Shown here: positions 25,262-35,950 of the stretch, piece after piece
How the letters are laid out: every line of letters begins with the position of its first letter
Position numbering within the stretch: position 1 is the first letter of the stretch
From: Octopus sinensis
Lineage: Eukaryota
Assembly (NCBI RefSeq): GCF_006345805.1
Contig: NC_042998.1
Span: 143,220,001-143,284,000, forward strand
Length of the DNA stretch: 64,000 nucleotides
Direction: 5' to 3'
Notes under the pieces: generated by a model
Databases searched by the model: none
What the model was told of the DNA's origin: nothing
What the model saw: only the letters and a program-made list of their open reading frames with translations
Position numbers and translations under genes: made by a program

Positions 25262-26445
25262 GTAAGGACGGGAGCGCGGCGGATGCCGGGGTAGTCGCTC
25301 CCGCATTTAATTTAGCGAACAAGGATAATTATCGGTCCGGGAGGTCTTACACTAACCCAAGACCCGTTATTCATCCGAGAATCACCCACCCGAACGCGAG
25401 AGCTGGCGTCCCGACCCATCACACTGATAGGAATAAGCATATATGGTTTGTAATCCCCTTTGGTAAGCAGATTAGAACTAACCTCCCCCTCATGTTTAGA
25501 CAAGCCATCGCCAATAACTTCCCCAGAAATTCCAAATATTACTCCACGGTTAACTCGCATAAAGTTAGGATAGCTTTCTCCAACACTAAAAACCTCGCCC
25601 AGATAATCGCCTCCCATAATAATAGGCTACTTACTAAGACCCTATCACCTTTTTCCGGAGGCACAGCCTCTTCCGCTCCCGGTTTAATGCTCAGTAGGAA
25701 TAATTATAGTAGTAATAATGATATGAGAGCCAGTACAGTGACACATAATCTCAGCTCCAGCCAGGGAGTACCCACTAGGGGTATAGTTATAAATAGGGGT
25801 GTTGTGGTTGACGGTAACAATGGGAGTAGGGTAGAGAGCCCCAATAGCATCCCCAGCATCATTTCCCGCAATAGCAGCACCACGGGCAGTAGCAATGACA
25901 GCACTCTGATAGATAGTGGAGAATCAGGGGTTATTCCTATAGTTAATAGTGATGTAGTGGAAAATAGAGTAGTAAGCGGCTGCCGGTCTCGGAACGAATA
26001 TAGTGACAGGAACGCAGTTCTAATTTCAGAAACTAATCCTAGCAGAATAAGATTCACGTCGGCGAACTCCAAGATCAAAAACGCCGTCTACCAATGCAAG
26101 GTTTACACGGACTCAGATGTCTTCACTTATGTAGGGGCCTCATCCTCAAGATTGTCTTTGCGTGTCTCCAACCATTACGCAACTTTTCGGGACATGAACA
26201 AGCGCCAGACCACGGGACTCAGTAAGCTAATATGGCGACAGAAGGATACGAACTTAAGCTACAGGCTGGAATGGTCAATTTTGTCGGTGGCCCTCCCATT
26301 TGATAGGGACAGAAGGCAGTGCAACCTTTGTGTCTCCGAACTCTTCCATATTTTGTTTGCCAGAGGCCGGATGGTAAACGGGCTTTTACAGTCGGCTTTT
26401 CGATGCCCCCATTGGCGGCGTTACACTTATCTGGCTTTTAAATAG
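25261..26445 (+). CDS. PLE linker + GIY-YIG endonuclease; continues the RT after one frameshift near 25250-25260
   Basis: The frame is open from 25261. It contains RNKHIWFVIPFGKQIRTN…NNFP…NSHKVRIAFSNTKNLAQIIASHN, then AVYQCKV…TYVG…RVSNH…TGLSKLIW…EWSIL…CNLCVSELFHI…RCPHWRRY. Confidence 0.9.
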   Translation, partial: SKDGSAADAGVVAPAFNLANKDNYRSGRSYTNPRPVIHPRITHPNARAGVPTHHTDRNKHIWFVIPFGKQIRTNLPLMFRQAIANNFPRNSKYYSTVNSHKVRIAFSNTKNLAQIIASHNNRLLTKTLSPFSGGTASSAPGLMLSRNNYSSNNDMRASTVTHNLSSSQGVPTRGIVINRGVVVDGNNGSRVESPNSIPSIISRNSSTTGSSNDSTLIDSGESGVIPIVNSDVVENRVVSGCRSRNEYSDRNAVLISETNPSRIRFTSANSKIKNAVYQCKVYTDSDVFTYVGASSSRLSLRVSNHYATFRDMNKRQTTGLSKLIWRQKDTNLSYRLEWSILSVALPFDRDRRQCNLCVSELFHILFARGRMVNGLLQSAFRCPHWRRYTYLAFK

Positions 26446-27032
26446 CGTTTATAAATAATACCGGCACCCATAGCCCTTGGTAACAAATTCTGAAATAGCC
26501 TTTAAGATATCTACGATTAACCACTGCAAGGGGAATTACTCCTGTAAGACAAACGGGGCTTGGGTTTTTTCACAGCGGGGGGTTTCCTTGACAAGGCAGG
26601 CTTAGATGAACACACACACACATAAAACATAATATATATATTTTTTTTTCTGCCACCCAACGGTTCTCGCGGCAGTAGCCACTGACAGCCGAACGATCAA
26701 ACGCACACACGTACACAAAAAATGTTTTCTACCCCTACGCCAACACACACATATATAGAACAGTATACACACACACACGTCTCTAAGTATATTTTTTCTC
26801 GCCCCTTATAAAACATCCAATATTCCTTAAATAGTCAGAACTTTATTCTCGGTCACAAAGAACACCCACACACCCTCACCCACATGATTGACCGATGCCT
26901 GACCCGTTAAATTCTTCAGCCACCAGTTCTCAACATACACTGATAAACAGTTTCGCCATGGGCTCTTAGGAGCATAGTTCGATTTGTTTTTGCTCCGCCT
27001 CTGTTCTGTTTTTGTTTTTCCAACGGATTTCC

Positions 27033-27126
27033 TATTTTCTTCCTGAAGAGAAAGACACAATATGGTCCCATTATTCAATCGGATTTTGGTAATTTGTGCC
27101 TTTCGAAACACGTGTAGAATGAAATA
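27033..27126 (+). ncRNA. Type I hammerhead ribozyme in the 3' pseudo-LTR
   Basis: Helix I TATTTT-C-TTC / GAA-T-GAAATA; core CTGAAGA (27043-49); helix II GAAAG-A-CACAA / TTGTG-C-CTTTC; GAAA (27105-08); palindromic helix III ACACGTGT; cleavage after GTA (27116). Confidence 0.9.
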
Positions 27127-27177
27127 AAACGATTTCTGTTCAATCTGCGTTCAGCTCCATTTCTTCAATTCACCAAT

Positions 27178-27260
<83 letters not shown>

Positions 27261-27483
27261 CGTAAAAGAATAGGGATTTAGAATTTAGGCGAGGACTTGA
27301 AATAAGGTACTTTATTATCACTGATATAATTCAGATCTGGCTAACGATATCGAATAAGGAACATACAAAACTGTATTTGATAAACAATTGCACTGTACTT
27401 CACTCAATAGGTAAATCCTGAGTTTGCTTGAATGGACTTCATGTACCATACAGAAATCAAGACATCATAAAAGAAGAATTTTT

Positions 27484-29730
27484 GTTATTACAGTATTATT
27501 CTCGTTAAATTTATTTTAGATTCCAACCCGACACGTGTTTCTGCTGCATAAGTGTCCTAATGTCCTTTGATGTAGTATTTATGTGCATTTAGTTCGTTTA
27601 ATTGCGATACGTATTCATAAAGCGAAGACATTCCTATGCAATTTTGTTCAAGGTTTTCCCCATGCGAGTAGGTGAAGCGAACTGAAGATTCCAGTCTTAG
27701 ATAGTCCTTCTGAAAGTATATTCCGAATGAGGGATCGTAAAATATTACGGTACGTGACAGTAGAGATTGCTTTGAAATGCGATATGACATAGTTCTGGTA
27801 TCATTTAAACTTAGAGTGACCTCTTTAGAGTTTAAGGGAATATATTATTTCATATACTTAACAGTAGAAAAAAAAAACCTTAATGAGGTCAGTATGCATT
27901 CACCTCACTGACCACTCATTATGAAGATAGAATGGTACTATATAAGATAAATATATAAAGAGGAATCGAAAGGGTTAATTTAAAAAATAAAGAGGAATGT
28001 GGTTTATTGTGAGATTGTTAAAAGTCTAACTTGAGTAAATCTATGATTATTTGGCTCGGTTAACTTATATGCATTTCTATCTACATGATATCCTATAGAA
28101 AATCCTTATTTTGAAAGTACTGATATGCTTTGAATGTGTACTTTTCAGGGCTAATTCATTTTACGTGATTTGATAACCTATAAGTAGAGGTAAAAATATA
28201 GAACATTTCTTCTGGTGGAAAGTGCCTATCTAATGCAGCGAAAGATTTTGCAGGTATGTTTGTGGGTATCTGTGTTTCGAAGATTGCATTATACCATAAT
28301 ATATGCCTAGATCTAGCTTTTCTTTTAGGGAAGTGGTTATTGTTTTTGTTAACAACCTCATTTTTATGTCTATTCTACTGTCTTCTTAAAAGATCTATTG
28401 TTACGTTTATCATGGGGTTTACTTAAAAGTATATCGTTATCCATTATGTGACTGTTCTTATTGTGATTTTTGGCATAGTGACTAGAAACTTCATTATCCT
28501 TGTCCTTGGTCCTTGTTTTACTTTCACAATTTGTATTACCAATACCTATTTAATTTATAGATGTTCTTTGATTTCATTTTTAGAGATATAGAATATTTTA
28601 TCTTTATTTCCAGTTTCAGCCAGGGCATTATTATAATACTTTCCATTATTCTTGAAATTTTCTTCGTTAGCAGATAGTCTAGATATATGAAGAGAAATAT
28701 TTTTAACGATAGAACCAGTATTATTTTTTGGGTGATTTGAATTTTTACTTACGTATTTAAGATTATCGTTGAGTTTGTGACACGGTTGGTGTGCTCCTGT
28801 ACCCAAATTGAAATTAACATCTAGAAAATTCACCTCATTATGTCTTTTTTTTTTTTCAAAGGAAATTGACAAACCTTTGAAGAATTTAAAGATCTTTTTT
28901 TTCTGGATCTTTCTATATTTACGTTACTAGATATATACATAGACCCAAAATGGAAGACGGACAAGCAAAACATTTGGAGTTATTCGAGGATATTTACTTC
29001 AAGATAAAGTACAAATAAAATATAAAGGAAAAAAGCAGAGTCCCTTACAGGGGTTTCTGGAATACCTGAGCGAATGGATCATGTTAATGCGTAACGAATT
29101 CACGTCATCAAAGTATCTCATCATTAGAGAGATCGAGTTAAAGCGGTGCAGAAAGACAGATTCTCAATTAAGGATATTAGTAGTTATCAGTTAGAATGAG
29201 AGGTAACTAATTTTATGTAATTCCATGATTAAAGAATTACAGGATTGAAGAAGTTAATGAAGTCTTATAAGTCCGTTGATAGACCTGTATATGAGTTCAG
29301 CAGGTAAAAAAGTTAAGAATGATCGATAGTAGAAGTACATACGTTAATACATCCATTCTTAGAATCGAAAAAAGATTGGGTTCAAAAATATATTTCGATG
29401 TAAGGTAAAGAACCCATGCCGAGTTAAGAAAAAATATAAATTTATATAAAGTAAAGAAAGCGTCGTCCCTATATAATCCAGCCCCACCCACCCACCATTT
29501 CCGGAAATTCTCAATTAATACATTTTAAAATATAAATTCCCACTAAATCCGTTATCTGATTGGAATCGCTGGAGTTCATGGTAATGTCCAGCTGATCAAA
29601 TTTATATTTCTTTACCCAGTATTTTCTTTCAAATTTAACTGTGCATTTTCTAACAGCTAATAAAGCATCTACTTCTTTAGATAAGCTTGAATTTCTCATT
29701 GCGAATATTAACACTTATTAAGTAAATTGG
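27484..29730 (-). mobile_element. Older, decayed Penelope-like element
   Basis: Minus-strand fragments LDITMNSSDSNQITDLVGIYIL, GLYRDDAF, NFLDVNFNL…KLNDNLKYVSKNSNHP and RHILWYNAIF…TNIP…LDRHFP; the 3' end carries GAAACACGTGTC. Confidence 0.85.
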
Positions 29731-30160
29731 GTTAATTGATGCGTAGTAATAAGATATGTTGGATCTTTACCTTTTGACCTACAGATTAAAAAAAAAAATT
29801 TTTGTAACTAAACACTTTCAAACTTCGGACACTGGTAGAATGTGTCATATAAAACATCTTTTACTCTTAGCATTTTTGAGAAAAACTTATATTTACGAAG
29901 TTATTTCACGTTAAAGTTGTCCTATTTCGGTAATTTCAACCAATCAATGACGTGTATTCAGCCGAATAAAATTACTGCTGTTGTTTGTCAACAAGAACTT
30001 CCGGCGGTGAACATTAATACAGTTATGCAGCAGAAACACGTGTCGGATTGGAATCTAAAATAAATTTAATGAGACTAATACTGTAATAAAAAAACGAAAA
30101 TGTACACTTCTCCATTCTTCATTGCATATATATATATATATATTATATATATATATATAA

Positions 30161-31030
30161 AGGCGCAGGAGTGGCTGTGTGGTAAGTAGCTTGTTTACCA
30201 ACCGCATGGTTCCGGGTTCAGTCCCACTGCGTGGCACCTTGGGCAAGTGTCTTCCACTATAGCCTCGGGCTGACCAAAGCCTTGTGACGGAAACTGGAAG
30301 AAGCCCGTCGTATATATGTATATATATATATATTATATATATATATATATATATGCGTGTGTGTGTGTTTGTGTGTCTGTGTTTGTCCCCCTAGCATTGC
30401 TTGACAACCGATGCTGGTGTGTTTATGTTCCCGTTACTTAGCGGTTCGGCAAAAGAGACCGATAGAATAAGTACTGGGCTTACAAAAGAATAAGTCCCGA
30501 GGTCGAGTTGCTCGATTAAAGGCGGTGCTCCAGCATGGCCGCAGTCAAATGACTGAAACAAGTAAAAGAAAAAAAAAAAAAAAAAAAAAAAATATATATA
30601 ATATATATATATATATATAATATATATATATAAAGGCGCAGGAGTGGCTGTGTGGTAAGTAGCTTGTTTACCAACCGCATGGTTCCGGGTTCAGTCCCAC
30701 TGCGTGGCACCTTGGGCAAGTGTCTTCCACTATAGCCTCGGGCTGACCAAAGCCTTGTGACGGAAACTGGAAGAAGCCCGTCGTATATATGTATATATAT
30801 ATATATATATATGCGTGTGTGTGTGTTTGTGTGTCTGTGTTTGTCCCCCTAGCATTGCTTGACAACCGATGCTGGTGTGTTTATGTTCCCGTTACTTAGC
30901 GGTTCGGCAAAAGAGACCGATAGAATAAGTACTGGGCTTACAAAAGAATAAGTCCCGAGGTCGAGTTGCTCGATTAAAGGCGGTGCTCCAGCATGGCCGC
31001 AGTCAAATGACTGAAACAAGTAAAAGAAAA
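30161..31030 (+). mobile_element. Two head-to-tail, near-identical tRNA-type SINE copies (period 473 bp)
   Basis: AGGCGCAGGAGTGGCTGTGTGG at 30161 and 30634; A-box TGGCTGTGTGG and B-box GGTTCAGTCCC; both copies share the same internal deletion. Confidence 0.9.
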
Positions 31031-31701
31031 AAAAAGAAAAAAATATATATAATATATATATATATATATAATTATAAATTTTCTTTAGAAAAGCATAGAA
31101 AGCATGGAAGTACTCGAGTCGAACCCGAGACGATAGACAAGTACAAGAGACACAGGGAAGAGGCTCAACTCAGGCAGACTACGATTGGTGTATACATATA
31201 GGGATTTAATATGACAGAGATATCTAAAACATATATTAATACAATCAGAATATAAAGATATAAAAATATAAAAATATATCTCTTATGATAAAAGGCAGAG
31301 TTTCTCTGCCTGTTTCCATGTTCCTTTTTAATACAATTCTACACTATAGAATTTCTTCAATTGGAATTTACCTATGATTTTTCCAAGTAGATTCCATTGG
31401 GTCATGGCATATAAAGGTTTTTCAATTTGACCCCCAATTAGGCAAAAATTCGAGAAAACTCAATATTTTACGATTTGCCTCTCTCATTTCAAGTGGTTTA
31501 CTCCTGCTATTACCACCACACTTTCTCCTACTTTCTCTTTGCAAGTGTGAAACTATTAAAGTGAAAGTATTATATAACAGGGATGAGCCATTAATACTGG
31601 TCATCCTTTTTGCTAGAGGAAGATCCGCTATGGTCTTATATGCTACACCACTGGTTTTCAATTCATATTAATCAAATTAATATTCAATTTTTCACCCTTA
31701 T

Positions 31702-31740
<39 letters not shown>

Positions 31741-32524
31741 TAGCAATTCGTATAAAATTGCATCAATGACTTGAACTTGAATAAGTGGTTTCACATAAAT
31801 GGGGATAAATTTAAAATGTTTGTTCTTATTATTATTACTGTTTGACTATTGTAATCACGTTTGTTGGTTCCTCGTCAGGGAAACGTTGTTGTGTTGCATT
31901 TGTTAAATAATTGCAAACCGTAACCCTCCCTCTTTCGGAGAAGGGGCTTTGGTTATTGTTTAAAAATTGAATTGTGTCCCTGTTTGGGGAAATTGACAAT
32001 ATTTTCACCGTCTTTACGGAAGCATTTTTGTTAAAATGCCTTCGATAGAAGAAAGTCCAAAAATGAATTTCGCTGCAGCCGTACACTTCTATACAAGAGG
32101 GAGGACAAGATCCAATTGATCGAAATTGCAAGAGACGGGCCTACAATTCCAGTCTGTTATATATTTTGAGTATTGTTATCACTAGCGATATCAAAATATA
32201 ACTTTGTATTTTGTATTTTATGTGTAGATGTATATATATAGATGTACATGTAATATGTACACATATATATACACATATATACATGCATAATATATCTACA
32301 CATACGCACACACACACACACATACATAGGAGCAGGTGTGGCTGTGTGGTAACAAACTACGTTCCAAACACATGGTCCTGTGTTCAGTCCCACTGTGTGG
32401 TGACTTGGCATGTGTCTTCTGCTGTAGCTTCAGACCAACAAAAGCCTTCTCAGTGGATTTTGTACATATATACAGGCATACATACATATATATACATGCA
32501 TACGTACATATTCGGCATAAACAC

Positions 32525-34403
32525 TCTACCACTACAACTAATAACAGTTGGGAACACTTTCAAACCTGCCTTACATTCGAACCGGAATCTCAAAAACATT
32601 GTCCCCTTCAGCGCCAAGCTCAACTGCTCTATCCTGACATGGAGGGTATCAGCAATGAAATCTATAACAAAACACTCATTGACATTGAAGACAGAATTGC
32701 TAAACTGGGTGGAAATGAATTGTCGACGTATGGCCTGCCACAAGCATTCAGGTCAGGGTCAAATAGCCTTCCCACTGCTGTCATTCGTGAAACAACCTAC
32801 GACACTCAAGCGCTTTCAAAGTACATTGTTGAAAATGAGCCTAAATTACTTCCGGACCAGCTGCAGGCCTACAGAACTATTCTTAACAGTGTACGCCAAC
32901 GCGAGGGACGAATCTTCTTCCTCGATGCTCCAGGGGGTACAGGAAAAACATTTATTACAAAGCTTCTCCTTGCAGAAGTTAGGTAGCATCAGGACATTGC
33001 AGTAGCTGTAGCCTCCTCTGGCATTGCAGCTACTTTGTTACCCAGTGGCAGGACAGCACACTCAACTTTTAAACTCCCTCTCAATTTAGCAGCATCCGAA
33101 ATGCCTTCATGCAACATCAACAAAAGCTCAGATCAGGGACAAGTACTTAAAATGTATTATGTAATTGTCTGGGATGAGTGCACAATGGCTCACAAGGGAG
33201 CTTTGGAAGCATTAGATAGAGCCCTGAAAGACATCCGAGACTGTCAGGCTCCAATGGGAGGAGTAACGCTTCTGTTGTCAGGTGATTTCAGGCAAACTCT
33301 TCCTGTCATTCCGAAAGGCACTAGAGCTGATGAAGTTCAAGCATGCCTAAAGTCTTCTACCCTGTGGCACCATGTTACAATCTTTAGTTACACCACTAAC
33401 ATGAGAGCTCAGCTACACGGCGACAAAATGTCCACAAAGTTTGCACAGGACATTTTGACACTTGGTGAAGGCAAGATGCCTCTCGATGCTGCAGGACAAA
33501 TGGAAGTGTGGTCATTTTCCTCTGTTGTTAATTCTGTAGATGACCTCAAAAACAAAGTCTTTCCCAACTTCACACAAAACTACCAAAATCACAATTGGCT
33601 GTGTGAAAGAGCAATATTAGCTCCAAAAAACGTCGCTGTTAACAAAATTAATCAACAGCTAATGCATTCTCTTCCCGGCACTATACACACTTTCAAGTCT
33701 GTTGATACAATTCCAGATATAAATGAAGTTGTGAACTATCCTCCTGAATTTCTCAATTCACTGTAGCCTCCTCGACTACCTCCACACATATTACCACTTA
33801 AAGTTGGAACTCCTGTAATGCTACTCCGCAATCTGGAACCACCAAGACTTTGCAATGGAACACGACTGGTGATAAAGAAAATGATATTACACGTTATCGA
33901 GGCGATCATTCTTTCTGGATGTGGAAAAGGTGATGATGTCTTTATTCAAGATTTCCTCTTACTCCATCAGGAGCAGAAATTCCATTTACATTCAGAAGAC
34001 TGAAATTCCTCCTTCGTGTCAGCTTTGCCATGTCCATTAACAAATCTCAGGGTCAAACCCTCTCTGTAGCTGGTCTTCTCTTTGAAGAGCCCTGCTTCTC
34101 GCATAGGCAACTGTATGTTGGCTGCTCAAGAGTAGGAACCAAAAGAAACCTTTTTGTATATGCTCCACAAGGGAAAACAAGGAACATTGTTTACAACGAG
34201 GTGTTATAATCTCAACAACCAGGAGGTATATACATGATCCCCTTTTTTTAACAAACTTCATGTACTTTCATGTATTTATATTGATATACATATATTTGTG
34301 TGTGTGTGTGTGTGTGTGTGTGTATCCATATATATATATATATAACAGAAAAGTCTAATTCTTCTATTGAATGTAACCGGGCAACGCCGGGTATCTCTGC
34401 TAG
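32525..34403 (+). mobile_element. Helitron 3' portion: PIF1-like helicase pseudogene plus 3' terminus
   Basis: FFLDAPGGTGKT (motif I), [87 protein letters not shown]. Stops at 32984 and 33764, frameshift near 33950. The 3' end is CCGG-GCAACG-CCGG…CTAG|T. Confidence 0.93.
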
Positions 34404-34846
34404 TGAATGTTAAAAATATGCAAGAATAAACAACAACGCGAGGATGTGGTACAAGTACTGTGTTATTGGACGTTTTCCCTGCTGGCATGGGTTGGGCGGT
34501 TTGACCAGTTCGTTGAAGCTGGAGAGCTGCACCTGGTTCCAGTCTGATTTGGCTTGGTTTCTAAAGCTGGCTGCCATTCCTAACACCAACCACTTTACAG
34601 TGTGTACTAGCTGCCTTTAATGTGGTACCGGTACAGGAGTCTTGCAGGCCAATCCTTTTCACTATGAGGAGTGGCCTTAATACTTCTAATGTGAAGGACG
34701 GATCTTCACACACATACACCTGGCAAGGTGCGAGGTGTATGTGTGTATATATATATATAGTGTTGAACCGTTAATCACAACACACTTTTACTTTCTCTGT
34801 TGTTTTTTTTTTTTTTGCGTTCTCTCTCCATTTTTTTTCTCTCAAC

Positions 34847-34884
34847 CCTTCCTGTCGAAGAGCGTAGGCTCGAAACGTCAAAGA
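34847..34884 (+). ncRNA. Hammerhead-like motif with A6>U core variant (family copy 2)
   Basis: CCTTC-CTGTCGA-A-GAGC-GTAG-GCTC-GAAA-CG-TC-AAAGA. Confidence 0.55.
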
Positions 34885-35146
34885 CGTTTCCTTTCTTCCC
34901 GGGCGTCAAACTAATACACCTGCTTGTTATTCCCTCACCTGTCTTCGTCTTTTGTTTTCTGAAAATTTGAATTACACACATACACATTTATAACTCACTC
35001 GACCAAAATAGAATATATTACTAATCCCGACCAAAACAGTATATATTATTAATCACTGCTATGATACTGAGTACCTCTCTTGCCTTCATTCTTTTCCCTT
35101 TTCTTTCTCTCGCCCTCTCACTTCTATTCGAGCCTTTCTACTTTCC

Positions 35147-35192
<46 letters not shown>

Positions 35193-35212
35193 CTCTCTCT
35201 CCTCTCTCTCTC

Positions 35213-35245
<33 letters not shown>

Positions 35246-35785
35246 TGTGTTCCTAGCCTTTCTGATTTCTCTTTTTTCTCCCTTCATCTCTTCCCCTTTT
35301 CTCTCTCTGTCGCTCTCTCACCCTCTCTCTTGCTTTCTTTCTCCTCTGCCTGTTACTGTCACGTGACCCGCGGCCAGCTTTCTCCCTTTCTCACGCTGAT
35401 CTCGTAACTGACCAGTCGCAAATTCTGTCTCTCCGTTCTGTCCTTAAGGATATCCTCTAAACGTCACCCACTATTCTTGTCTTGGCTCTAAGGCCGTATT
35501 TTGCTCGTCTGTTCGTCCTTGTCCACCATCCTGAATCATATTCTGTGTTTTTTTCTTTTTTTTTGCTTTGATTTGTTTGCTCTCGGTCCTGAATTCCACC
35601 CCCCAAAAAAAAAATTGCAGTCACCGCCAATATGGGAAGCCCTCAGTCTTATCATTAACTGAGTATTACCAATTGGTTGATAACTGAAGAAGAATTAGGG
35701 ACCTCCTGTGTTTGTCTCCCGTCCAGTTGTACATTCAGTATACGTTATGTCGTTTGTTTATCTACCATACAATTTTTCATTTATT

Positions 35786-35829
<44 letters not shown>

Positions 35830-35913
35830 TATATTATATATATATATATATATATTACATACATATATATATACATATATACACATATACATACATATAT
35901 ATATATATATGCA

Positions 35914-35950
<37 letters not shown>

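Larger units (their letters stand above)
24258..27186 (+). mobile_element. Penelope-like retroelement, 5'-truncated, with inverted pseudo-LTRs
   Basis: RT C-terminal half, GIY-YIG endonuclease, and 396-bp near-identical inverted repeats at 24258-24653 and 26791-27186. Confidence 0.93.

Noticed and set aside
30161-30240. tRNA genes
   Set aside because: The A/B boxes belong to SINE heads; there is no complete cloverleaf or anticodon arm.
31835-31900. Minus-strand CTGACGAGG followed by AAACAGTA
   Set aside because: There is no intact GAAA, and helix I/II pairing is absent.
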